Positions 24,901 through 37,976 of a stretch of DNA of 64,000 nt are shown one piece after another. Under the pieces are notes generated by a model. That model saw only the letters and a program-made list of their open reading frames with translations. It had not been told where the DNA came from and ran no database searches. This DNA is from Chiloscyllium plagiosum. Lineage: Eukaryota. Numbering within the stretch: position 1 is the first letter of the stretch; each line of letters opens with the position of its first letter. Location of the stretch: contig NC_057755.1 of assembly GCF_004010195.1 (NCBI RefSeq), positions 6,121,474 through 6,185,473 of the forward strand, read 5' to 3'. A program made the translations under genes and the position numbers.

Positions 24901-27900
24901 GCTTACTGCCTCTCGTAAGGTGTTCAAGTATATATCCAGCATTTATGGACTGTAAGTACTGTAACAAGGTCCAGTACACTCTCAAATGTACAGATTATTC
25001 ACTCATTTATAAGTTATGAAATCAGAGATTTCAAAGCATTCTTCATTTTCTTTTTGAACTTCGACTGAGTTGCTGCATAAATAATTGTAAATTCCGCAAC
25101 AAGATTCTGAAATTTACAAATATTATTGTAGAATCAGTGTATTCTCTTCACCCAATTGCATCAATAAATAAATTTATAATAAATATCAACCACAGAATTA
25201 TAAAGCTACCAGACATGGTGAAAAGTAAAATGGCAGCCTTGCCCCTGCTTTCCATCTCTGGGTCACTGAGATTCTCTACATTGCTGCTGGATTGCTGCGA
25301 TGAAATCGGCTGAATGCTAAAACGCGTCTTACAGTCAAAGTGTTGATCAACAGAATTAGAGTGAATGGGATCAGAGGAGTTATAGCTTTCGCAAAGTACT
25401 GATAACGCACCCATCCAGGATCAGTATCATAGCTATGTTTGACATGGTAAGTTGTTAAGCACGTTCCAAGGCTCATAAATGACGTTGACAAGGGTGCTTT
25501 TCAAACAGAGCAGAATGCAGGTTGTTGAAAACACCACAGGTGCAGTTTTTTTCTCTGGAAAAATGTGTTCTCAGTATTGGGCAACAAACAACTGCAAATC
25601 TACCAAAAGAGAAAACAATGGTAAACCAGACAGACCAATCTATGACAGCATCACACAAGGAATAATGAGCTATACATACAAGTGTGATATGCAGGAAAAA
25701 AACCCACAGGATCTTGATAATAAGAGATAAGTTTTTTTTTTCAATATGACCTGGAGATCTGCCATTGTCATAGTCACGTGCTAGTGAGTGGTGCACTTTG
25801 AAAAACCACAGTGCCCACGGGAGACAATCATAATCACCAGGAAATTGCCTGGTGTGACAAAGGAAGGAATATACCCTGAAATTTACTAAGAAAATATCTT
25901 CGGAGTCTGTCACATTCAGTATGGCAGGATGGAGTACCGAATACAGCAAGGTGAAAGAAATGACAGTGTTTTTGTTATTGTGGAATATGAAAATGACAAG
26001 CTGAATTTTAAATCCTTTCAGACTCACCAGGTAGTCAACATTTGAGTTCATTTGAAGCCTCGGTTACATGACCCATCCTTGGAACAGTGCCTTACTGACA
26101 ACGGAGAATATGCAGGTTTATAAATGAGTCATGCATTGGAATTTCCAAAGGACACACACTTTGTGTTCTGAATAATCCTGATAGAATTGCTTCTCACTTA
26201 AATCTGACCTTCTTCACCGACTCCTCACCGAATAAAACTTTATTATCAGTAGTAATGCACTGGATACCAGTGTTCCTAGAATTAAGTACCAGTCAGAATC
26301 ACTCTTCTTTACAGCAGAACTCAAAATTAGATGCTTTCCATGAATGTTTGGCTTCTTCCTTCCTTTAAATGTCATGCCATGTGTTTACATGTTTCCTGCA
26401 GCGGTTAGTCATGTATCTCTTTAGTTAATCAATATTTATATAAAATACGAAATCCAAGCAAAAACAGGTCGTATGCCCACTCGAGCTTAAAATATATTCG
26501 TAGCCGATCTAATGATCCCAAATTCCATTTGTTTCCCGACCGCCTTTCACGCATTCAAAATGCGCAACATGCCCTAGTCTGCCTTAAAACCTTCAATCTG
26601 TCTGCTTTCAGTAACTTTGCAGAAAGTAGGTGGGACATTCGCATTAATTCAGGGAAGAAAATAATAATTATTAACTCTGTTTTCCATGTATTGCCCCTTA
26701 CACGTACACAGAAACACCAAGATATTGAACCTCACATAATTTGAACGCCCCTTACATTTGCAAAACCGCCTTCTGTTCAAAGATCATTATTTCCTTTCAT
26801 TGTGATCCCAGGACTCCTAAACCCGATGGGAATAGAACACAAATAATCTCCAAAATCTTCATTTACGACGTGGAAAAGTCAGTATTGCCACCAACAATAA
26901 AAACCCGTTTTAAACTCGTTCCCCCATCATTACCATACCCAGAAGTGCGCCCACATGCGTTTTCTCTCCCTCGTCTCTGAATCGTCAATGTGCAACGCAA
27001 CCCAGCTCCATTCTGAAGATAAGTGTCAAACTCACCGTTTATCTGAACTGAACTCTGATTGGAGAGTTGTTTGCTTTTCTTCTGTTTGATCGCTGGGGAC
27101 AACATAGTTATGGTTTGGTCAATGCAAAAAATGATGCTTTCACGTGCCTTCAGATCTCACTGAAGTAAAGCAGAAACGCTAGCTGATTTTCAAGTTCTCA
27201 AACTCGAAGGCCAAGCTATGGAGACATTCCACCACAAATGTGAGTTTGGAGAGTTGGAATACAATGTTGTTTGAACATTGGAAAACATGTGTTTTTGAGA
27301 CTAAAAGAAGAATGGCCAATCCTGTATTTATAAATGTGTAGCAATCGATAAGTGATGACCACCTTTCCTACTACTGATAAAAACTTAGGTATCACGAAAT
27401 GGTGTTGATATTGAGATGGGGTATCGCTCATGGTCTTATTGATAGTTACTTTAATCCCAATAATAATTCCTGCCGTTTCTGGAATACGAATCGCAACGTT
27501 TTGCCAATAGTGACTAAGATAAAACATTCCTAATACTAAATCTACCTTCCAAATTATAAGTACCCTGTTGTGCATAAAGAAGTAAGCAATATAACACTAT
27601 TTATTATGGTGTCCTTTGCTGCTATTTTCTAATGCAATCATCTCATTAAGAACTCACATTACATTTTAGACATCGTCCTTAGCCTGAGGTAATCTCCAAC
27701 AATTCAGCATAATGTTATCTACTGATATCTTCCATACAGAATTTTCAAAATCTGTAAGTTCCTTAAGGTATTGCTGTAGACGCAGCTGTTCCACCTTCTG
27801 TTATAATTGCATTCAATCAAACAAAGAACTGCAGTGGTGGCAATCTGACAAAAAGACACATATGCCATCATGTGTGGAGAGGGGAAGAAAAACAAAACTT

Positions 27901-28215
27901 TAGCTAAACAGGTTGGGAAACTACTCACTCGAGTTTAGAAAAATGGTGATAACTGTTCACCTACGGTTGCCTCATAATTTTATGCACTTCAGTCAGGTCT
28001 CTCCTTAGCCCCCGACGCTCTAGGGTAAACAATCCAAGCTTCATTTTTCCAAACTCTCCTTAAACCTCATGCACACAAACGTGGCAACATTCAGGTAAAC
28101 CTTTTTGGCACACTGTCCAAGGCCAAGAGTGGTGACCAGAACTGCGTACAGTATTAGAATTATGATTTCATTAAAGATTGATGCCGCTGCAATGCGATTT
28201 GCCAGCGTTTATACT

Positions 28216-28807
28216 TGTTATGGCACGGGTTAAACCTTTCAGTGAATTTAAACCGGACACACAGAAAATCGCACCTCACCTCGTAAACTGTTAAAGTATG
28301 AGTGACAGAGAACGCCCCAAATTCCACTGTTTAAAGAATAAAAAATTAAAAACTTATTCTTTGACTCTAAAAGAGAACATTAAACAACATCTATCTATTC
28401 TATCAGCCTTCTGTGTCTTAACAGTTTATCTACCTCCCACTCTATAAAAATGTACTGATCTGATAAAGCCCTATACTTATTTTGAAAATCAATTTTCAAA
28501 ACAAGTCAGCGGTGTCGATCCTCTTCTGTGCCTTCCTGGGTCGTGTTTGGTCTCTTGGTGCGTCTTTTTTTTTTCATATGAAAAGACACCTTTTCAGAGA
28601 CAGTGTTTTTGAATAGGAGTCCTTCAATGACAGAAGGTGCTTTTCTCGAGCTCAATCTTCAACATGCCTGGGTTTATAAGCGAAACCGTCGCATCAGTTC
28701 AATGTTGTCAAAACAGTAAAATTCAAATGCGATTGGATTTTAGAAATTTGGAGCTTAATTCGACAGGTTTGCTTGAATTTGAATGTTTTTGAAAACAACT
28801 CGTGACG
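28216..28807 (-). mobile_element. Solo Gypsy-type LTR
   Basis: Reverse complement ends ccggtttaaattcactgaaaggtttaacccgtgccataaca, similar to the LTR end at 58932-58980; interrupts the array unit. Confidence 0.65.
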
Positions 28808-28959
28808 TGAGTACAATCTCAAATGTTACATCTTCATTCATGGAAACTTCTGTGTTTATTTTTTTTCATTTGGAACTGTGACTCCAAAACATTCACAGTT
28901 CCTTTCAAACAGGAATGTGAATGGAGTACCATAATTTCTTCTGGATTGAGTGCAGTTTT

Positions 28960-29720
28960 CAATTAGCCCGAGCAGTGGCAGATGGGGTTTAACTTTGCTA
29001 TAAGAATGCTATTGCATTCTGTTAAGGCTAATTCACGGAAGGCTTCTGGGTCATGTTGCCAAACAAGGGTGCACTTTCACAGTTCCTTGAAGGTGGAGTC
29101 ACAGAAGGATCGCGAGTGAAGAAGGCATTTGGTACGCTTGTGTCTAATACTACTCCATTGATAATAAGTGTTTGGAGATCATTATTCGGCTGTGCAGGAC
29201 ATTGGTTAGACCCCGTTGAGGGTCTCTTTGACAAACGACAATTGTTTATTTGAACTTGCATAGCATCAGTAACAATTTACAGGAATGTTTCCCAGGATGA
29301 ACCGTTTGAGTTATCAGGTGAGGTTGAGTAGACTGGGGCTATTTTCACTTGGGATTCGGATGTGAAAGTTGATAAAATTACGAGGGCCATTGATACTGAC
29401 CATTACCAAAATCATTTTCCCAGAGTATGGGAGTTCAGAATTACAGGGCATAATTATAAGGTGAGAGGGGAAAGATTTAAAATGGATGCAAGGGGCAACA
29501 TTTACACTGTAAGGGTAGTGCGTGTATAAATGAGCAAGTGGCAGAGGATGGCATTTTACAATATTTCAAAGATATCAGGATGTGAAATTAATAGGCAGGT
29601 TTAGATAGATATCGGCGGAAAGCTGGCATAAATGATTAGATTAATTCAGGCTGTCTAATGGCATTGATGGCTCAGGAAGAATGGTCCAATTCCGTGTCAT
29701 GAAACAATGTGACTTTGTTA
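28960..29720 (+). mobile_element. Ancient CR1 fragment carried within the duplicated array unit
   Basis: RVKKAFGTL and CR1 3' end; counterparts at ~18730-19030, 44490-45340 and 52660-52990. Confidence 0.7.
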
Positions 29721-32646
29721 ATTGATGACCACGCTCTGAAAACAACTTTACTTAATATATTTCTCGAAAAAACTAATGCAAACTGGCAGTTAGATATCGG
29801 CACGATCACCTTGTACAGGAGCCTGGGCATTTATCGACAAATTACAGAATTGCAGGTTTTCGGAAGTTTAGGTTAGTCCTGTGCTGCATGTGAAGCACAC
29901 ATGTTCAGAACAAATTCAAGATTTCTCTCTTGACCTAATACATTTACATTATTCACTATTATCCTCGATGTCTTGATATTCTGTGCAAGGAAATGAAGTG
30001 GCAGGTTTGTTGGTTTTTATAGGTCAGAGAAAGCCATGAATCTACATTAAAAATCTACTATTTAAACAATTGCACGAGAAAACACAAACAACAAGAAACA
30101 TGCAGAGTAGAATTAAAAAGATTGACTAAAACACAGGCTATTTTATAAGTGAAGCATCTTGATTAATTCCAGTGGGGAAACAAATCTTAACAGATTTGAA
30201 AATATATGGATATTCATAATAATACAACAGCTTTGAAGATAACTGTTCGCAACAGTGAAGCTTAATTTGCATATGGTTTCAGTATGTTTGCATAAGTTGA
30301 TGTTCAGCTTAACAGTGCATAACATTACACGAAAGGCACCAAATCATTGTTAGTCAGCCTTTGAACCACAAGTAGTGACGAAACGTCATCTGAAGAGATG
30401 GAATAAAATTACAGAGACAAACCAACTCACTTGTTGCAACAAATGACTACCTGACGTAATGTCTGTGAAGTTATAATCAGCACATAACATTACCAGGCAG
30501 AGTGTAATATTTCCAAATCTTCGTCTGTTATTCTTCCCGAGCAGAAAAACTGCAGCAAGGATCATGCAGCACACTTCCTTCAGATCGTACATTTGAAAAA
30601 CCACTTCTAAGTTAACATATGCTGATTTGTGCTGTCATTAATGTCTTCATATTTATTTCTGTGGTGATAAAATCCCAGGATCATTCATTTGCATCTTGCT
30701 GAAGTTTCCCTGGTGATATTGTGCTTTAAGCAGTTTCTGGCTCGTGGGAAACTGCAGGACGTTGACACTGATGAAATTTGACTGAAATATTTGCGTTTGT
30801 TTTGCAGGTGAGATAGATCATGTCAACGTCATGCTTTGCAAAGAAGACAACTTGAAACAGATTGTGACACTGCGATAGATTTAATTTCAAATGACACCTT
30901 GCACTGAAACACTATTGGATAACTCTGACAAGTTTAGAAAAATTGAATGTTCTTCTCTAGCATCACAGACGTCAATACACTGCTAATTGAATCTGCTATG
31001 CTCCTCATTGGCATTCAGTTGATACATTGTGATGGTGCATGTGTTCTCTTAGAATGATTTACATTTTGTCTCGAATAATTCGGCCACAAATAACTTAGGG
31101 ACAGTGATCATCTAAGTGGCACCAGTTAATTAATAGAAGAACTTCAGACAAACATTACCGAAAACGGCGCTATTGAAGTTATAAATAAAGCTACTTGAAA
31201 ATAAAGAAGGGCTTATAATGTTTGTGCCTGGGTTTGCACCCTGACGAGAGACGGCAACGAAGTGGTCGATTTTGTACCCTGAAGAACGATGGCAATGAGT
31301 TGTCAGGATTATTATATGCATTTTCAACAGGTGCAGCCGTATTTTATTTTGTTGCTTATTCTGCAACATTTGGCAGAATATTTTGTGACGTACGATTGAA
31401 TTCACTTTTATTGTTTCCTTCCTTCGACCACTTTATGCAACATCCACTCATTCTTAGGTCATCTCTTCCCAGCAGTAAGTGTATCCCACATTAGGACAGA
31501 AACTGTAATGGTCTGTGTAATTCAACGAAACTGACTGATTTCCACTGAACAATTGTTTCTGATTGAGTATAGCTCAACTGCACCTTTGACCCTAACTTAA
31601 TTCACTAATATGTATTGGCCTTTACTTGGGCCTTATCTATTGTTGCCGGCGAATTTTTGGTATTCACTTGAAGTTGATTTTACTTTAACCTCACTGAATA
31701 ATGTTGCAGTTAGGTTAATCCCGTACTATTTTCTACTTCATAAATATAAAGTCGAAGATTCAGCCAGTGCAACACAGAGACACACGAGAAAAAGTGCAAT
31801 TTCACCACAGTACTGTTTTATTTAGTGACAGCCAATGAATTGCACTCAGGACGATTATCCTATGATGGATGTTCAAAAAGCAAAACAACAGTGTCATAAG
31901 CCCTTCTACTACCAATTGTGCCACAGGCTTTGTAGATCTGCATGAAAAGTTATCCCCACGAATTCCTGCTTCAGTAATTCTACATAGGCCGGTACCCTTT
32001 ACAACACTACAGGACATTGCTCTCAACGTTGTAAATCAATGTCGGAAAGTCTATAAGCAATAAACAGCAGTTTCTTATCATATCAGAGGTGGAACAGTCG
32101 TTCAGAGACAAAATAGATCAGAAACAGCAAGAATCGTGCAATTTCTGGAAGGACCGTCATGCGAAATGTATTTGCTGCACTTCTAATGTGCCCCCTTGTT
32201 GTCCAAGTAATCGTTCTGTTTTCAGCTTTATATCGATCAAAACCCTGAACCACTAACTGATACGTTGCTGTGACTTCTTTCATTTTACTGAATTTGAAAC
32301 ATTGATCACCATTATCTTTTGCAATTTTTTTTAAAATGAGCACAAAATTACCTTGACATGATTCCCGTTTCATTTAGTTCATACTTCTCTGTTAGTCTCA
32401 GGGGCGCAAGTCTGATCAACGTGAAAATGAAAAGAAACAAGTTGAAGATGTACTCTTACTACAAAGGTGTTGCTGACTCGATTAATGACTCAAAGATATA
32501 ACTCATCGATGTTCTTAGCTCCTTCTATCAATGAGAGCATTTAAGTTTTACGTTGTGATTTTTGTGGAAACGGGCAGGGCCACTGTATTCTTCTCTGAAT
32601 TAAGTCTGTCACAGGCAATTGTAAATAATCAGTTACATTAATCGAG

Positions 32647-35029
32647 GTTGATCAGAGACAATATTACAGTTGTAGAAAGGATGTTTGGGGATTCGTTAAC
32701 TGAGGTAGTATGGGCTGAGGATAGAAACAGGTTAGGAGAAGTCACCATGCTGGGATTTTTCGATAGGCCTCCGAATAGTCCCAGAGATGTAAAGGAAAGG
32801 ATAGAAAAGATGATTCTCGATAAGAGTGAGAGAGTCAGGGTAGTTGTCATGGTGAATTTCAACAATGCAAATATTGACTGGGATCACTAGCACGAGTCCT
32901 ATAGATGGGTCAGTTTTTCTCCAGTGTGTGCCACTTTAGGTTTAGTACTGTGTAACGAGCCTGGCCAGGTGTTAGATTTGGAAGTAGGTGAGCACTTTGG
33001 AGACAGGTGTTAGATTTGGAAGTAGGTGAGCACTTTGGAGACAGCGAACACAATTCTGTCAGGTTTACTTTAGTGATGGAAAGGGATAGGTGTACACCAC
33101 CAAGCAAGAGTTACAGCTGGCAGAAGGGGAATTACGATGCAATTAGGAAAGATTTAGGAAGTATAGAATGGGGAAGGAAACTGCAGGGGATAAGCACATT
33201 AAAAATGTGGAGCTTATTCAAGGAAAAGCTCCAGTGTGTCCAACATAAGTATGTAACTGTCAGGCAGGGAGGAAGATCTAGAACGCGTGAGCGGTGGTTT
33301 AATAAGGAAGTGGAATCTCTGGTCAAGAAGAAGAAGAAAGCTTACGTTAGGACAAAATGTGAAAACTCAGTTGGTGCGCTTTAGGAAAGACCAAAAAAGC
33401 GAGCTCAGAAGAGCCAGGAGGAGACATGAGAAGTTGTCCCAAGGCTTTCCATAGGTATGTCAGGAATAAAAGAATGACGAGAGTTAACTTCGGGCCAATC
33501 AAGGCTAATAGTGGGAAGCAAGGGAAGAGATTGTCGAGCCTTTGGCATTGATCTTCAAATCATTATTGTCTACAGGAATAGTGCCTGAGGACTGGAGTAT
33601 AGTAAATGTGGTTCCCTTGTTCAAAAAGGGTAGTTGAGACAACCCTGGTAATTACAGACCAGTAAGTCTCACTTCAGTTGTTGGTAAAGTGTTGGAAAAG
33701 GTTATAAGAGATAGGATTTATAACCATCTCAAAACAGACAATCTGATCAGGGACAGTCAGCACGGTTTTGTGAAGGGTACATCGTGCCTAACGAATCTTA
33801 CTGAGTTTTTTGACAAAGTGACCAAACAGGTAGATGAGAGTAAACCGGTTGATGTGGTGTATATGGATTTCAGCAAGATGTTCGTTAAGGTTATCCAAGT
33901 AGGCTGTTATACAAAATGCGGAGGAATTGTGGGGTTGTGGGAGTCACAGCAGTTTGGATCAGTAATTGGCTTGCTGAAATAAAACAGAGGGTTGTAGTTG
34001 ATCGAAAATGTTCAACTTGGTGTCCAGTTAGTAGCGGCGTATCACAAAGGTCGGTGTTGTGTCCACTGCTATTCGTCATTTTTATAATGATCTGAATGAG
34101 GGCTTAGAAGGGTGGGTTAGTAAATTTGCGGGCGACTCTAATGTCAGTGGAGTTGTGGATAGTGACGAAGGATGTAGTAGGTTGCAGAGCGACATAGATA
34201 GGATGCAGAGCTGGACAGAGAGGTGGCAAATGAAGTTAAATGTGAACAAGTGGTGATACACTTTGGACGGAATAATCGGAATTCAAATTACTGGGATATT
34301 AACAGCAATGTTAATATTCTTGGGAATGCAGTTGAGCAGAAAGATCTCGGTGTCCATGTACACAAATCCATGAAAGTTGCCACCCAGATTGATAGGGTTG
34401 TTAAGAAGACATACAGTGTTTTGTCCTTTATTAATAGAGAGATTGAGTTCAGGAACCAGGAGGTTATGCTGCAGCTGTACAAAGCTCTGGTATGGCCACA
34501 CTTGGAGTATTGTCTACAGTTCTGGTCACCGCATTATAAGAAGGATATGGAAGCTTTGGAAAGGGTGCAGAGGAGATTTACTAGGATGTTGCCTGGTATG
34601 GAGGAATGTCTTACGAGGAAAGACTGAGGGCCTTGAGGCTGTTCTCGTGACAGAGGAGAAGGTTGAGAGGTGACTTAATAGAGACATACAAGATAATCAG
34701 AGGGTTAGATAGGGTGTAAGGGATAACGTATTTCCAAGTATGGGAACGGCAAACACGAGGGGCACAACATTAAAGTGAGGGGAGATAGGTATAAGACAGA
34801 TGTCAGAGGTAGTTTCTCTACTCAGAGAGTAGTAAGATTATGGAATGCTTTGCCTGCAACGGTAGTAGATTCGCCAAGTTTAAGTGCATTTAAGTCGTCA
34901 TTGGACAGGCATATGGACGTACATGGAATAGGGTAGGTGATATGGGCTTCAGATTAGCATGACAGGGCAGCGCAACATCGAGGGTCGAAGGGCCTGTACT
35001 GCGCTGTAATGTTCTATGTTTTCTTTTCT
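32647..35029 (+). mobile_element. CR1 LINE, 5'-truncated (endonuclease end and RT)
   Basis: GEHFGDSEHNSV, SQHGFVKGTSCLTNL, VYMDFSK, KFAGDS, LYKALVWPHLEYC; copy-specific insertion; internal 38 bp tandem duplication at 32966-33041. Confidence 0.93.
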
Positions 35030-35061
35030 AGGTAGATAATTCACAGATTCACAAATTTGTT

Positions 35062-35660
35062 TGTGACAAAGCTGTTCCTATAACAAGGCTAGGTTGTGCT
35101 TGTTGTTTATTCGAGGTGTTATAGACGACACACATTCAGAAACGTCTGAGGTTAGATGGATTTTATTGCCAAATCGTTTACAGCTAATAGATACTGCTTC
35201 AGGCAGAAGGCTTCGAAATTTAAAAACGTCTTGTATTATGAAGGGGATGGGCCAGTTCTCCTTCAGGTATTCTGTCGTCTGGAATGTGTGCGTGAAGAAA
35301 GACTCCTGGAACCCCCCCCCCCCCCCTCCCTCCCGCGACTTCATTTCTGTCAGAACTTGTGTTTCATTTTACCTTTCGTACCAAGGGGTTTACATGGGGA
35401 TATTTTGTAAGAGTATCATTGAGTTGAAACAGTCTTTTAGGTTTTCAGATAGGATAAGTTATTTGGTATTCTGTTTTCTGTTATTTGTTCTTCATTCAGT
35501 AACCTTGTAAATAAATTATGTTTTGTTTAAAACTAAGTTAACTGACCGGCTGATTCTCTCCTTGAATATCCACTGCACACTTGCTTGAAATCACATAGCA
35601 AAGTTCGGGTTAGAGCTACTTTCTTGAAACGTTTCGAAGGATCTGGCTTGTTCCATAAGA
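35062..35660 (+). mobile_element. Solo LTR with 4 bp TSD
   Basis: TGTGAC...CATAAGA flanked by tgtt/cgtt; the empty site in copy 1 reads aaacttgttacaaatc; shares gtaaataaattatgttttgttt and ggatctggc..tccataa with 17818-18492. Confidence 0.8.
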
Positions 35661-37976
35661 CGTTACAAATTATAATGAAGGCATTCAGCCAATCATGCTT
35701 TCTGTTTTACTGTGCATTATCATCTTACTGTTAAGAATAGCAATACCATACATGCTACAACAATAACCTGTGAAATAAATATTAGCAAGATAACAAACGA
35801 AAATATAACTCCATTGAAAGGAAAGAAAATAGTTGTGTCTTGAGTATTTATGTTCTATATTTTTTGGCTTTGTTTCAAAAAATAGATTTCATTATTAAAA
35901 TGTCTTTACATACATGCATAATCACTGAATATGTTCTGTTGTGCACAGCAGCATATGGAGAAGCAGACAAACATTGAGGTTTGATACAAGAGAACAGAAC
36001 AGCCAAAGCTATTTCTTGCTTCTACAGGATTACATTTATATATCTATATTCATATTCTGTAGAAAAAGCATATTGCAGTGAATTGTTCATTGAAATATTC
36101 TTGATTGTTCAAAATTCTTGGAAATCAATGCATTTTCGTTTTGTAATGGTTGCCTAAAATGATATGAATTATGAAAACTGGTTTAAATTGCATTTTTCAG
36201 GATGTGACGTCGACATTCATTTGCGACCCAGACGTGGGTTAAAGAGGATATCGATTTTATTAATGTTAACAATATCTAACCAAATGATGGAAGGGCAGAT
36301 TCCTGATCAAATCAGAGCAGTGCAGTGAAACATAGATATGCCTGTCAACCAAGTTGCGATTCCTGTTGGAGTATAGTATCCTGAGAAATCCTGAGGGAAT
36401 AAACGATTGACAGATAGACTGCGCTTCAGTATAGAGGAACAAGACTGCAAATAAAGTAAAGGAATTTTTTTGTATAATTGATATAACGGAGCTGAATGAT
36501 GTACAGGCGGAGCTAACGATGGAAAGGAAGGAACTCAGACTACTAAATGTGTGATTTTATGAGTGAAAGATCATTGTTTTGGATGATGGCTGACTTGTAT
36601 CACTTCAAACAGAGGATTCTTGGCAATGTAACTGTTTTTATGTAAAATGCTCAAAGAAATTGGATGGAAAAGCAAACAAGGGGAAGGCATGGAAATATGT
36701 CTCCAAATGAACTGAATTTTTAACAGTCAATGTATTGTTGATGAATTTCACTGTTTGAATTTTTCTGCTGCTTATGTATGACATACTTATTCAAAGCTGA
36801 TCTAAAAAGGGGAAAATTGAAACTTTTCAGTTATGGCCATTTCAGTGTGTAACATCCTGACCTTCACTAGGTGCCCTAAATTTACTTCCCGCCCAGTAAT
36901 TTGTTTCAGAATGCCGTTCCAACATTAAACACTGTAACTCTTAATATGGACAGGCATAAATACAGCATCCAGTAACTGAAAACCTTGTAACATCACACCA
37001 TGAACTCTCGGATGAACAAGTTGTTGGTTCCTGCCACAAAATATGGAACGAGAGATGTCACAGCATTCTTGAGTTTCTTCCTGAACTGAGACCGAGTTGC
37101 TGTGTCAATGAACGTGTTTGCGCTGCAACTTAAATTCCACATCATGATTCTGAAATATTCAAATGTAATTGTCGTATTGGTGGATTATGTTCTTCCAATG
37201 GAATCAAGAAAAAAACTTATGACTAATACCAACGTTAGAAATATAAGGCTACAAGATATGTTGAAAAATAAACTGACAGTCTTCTTTCTGCTTTCTGTAT
37301 CTGGTCACTGTACTTCTGTCCATTGTTGCGGAGTTTCAGCTCCTTACGGGCTCAGCGGTCTGATAAAATATGTCTGAGAGTCATGGTGTTTATCAAAAGA
37401 ATTGAGACCAGTGGTATTAAGGCTTTCGAAAAGCACTGATAAACATCCTGCCCCCTCCCTCCATCCAGCATCGTAAAAGAGCTTGGTTTTATATTGCATA
37501 TTCATAGTACATTGTCAAGAATCTTTCCAGGTTTATAAATATAATAGATGGGGAAATTTTACAAGTAATATCGAATGCAATGGCAAAACGACAGAGAAAT
37601 CCTATGACTGCATCACACAAGGAATTGCCAACATAACAAACAGGAGTGATGTTCAAGAAAAACAGTGGATAATCATGATGAGAATTTATCTTTTTCATTG
37701 TGACTTCAAATATGATGACCGGGAGATCTGCCATTTACATTGCCATGTGGCATCGAGTGCTTAAATTGGAAATGCAGCAGAGAATTATAACTGCCAGCAA
37801 ATGGATGAGTGGGAATGAAAGGAAAAGATGCTGTGAATTAATTTAGTGAACATCTGTCTCCAATACAGTCAGTATAAATGGAGCACCAAATATGGGAAAG
37901 TACAGGTATATTTTAGAATTTCTGCGAGTGTGAAATGTGAAAAATTTAATGCCAGATCTAAAATAATTGCAGACTT

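Larger units (their letters stand above)
25014..30604 (-). pseudogene. GPR139-like GPCR copy 2 pseudogene (exon 1 30604-30538, exon 2 25848-25014)
   Basis: Exon 1 VVFQMYDLKEVCCMILAAVFLLG has first ATG->GTG and donor GT->GG. Exon 2 homology is split over frames (WSVWFTIVFSFGRF, FAKAITPLIPF, SDPEMESRGK..SGSFIILWLIF). Confidence 0.9.
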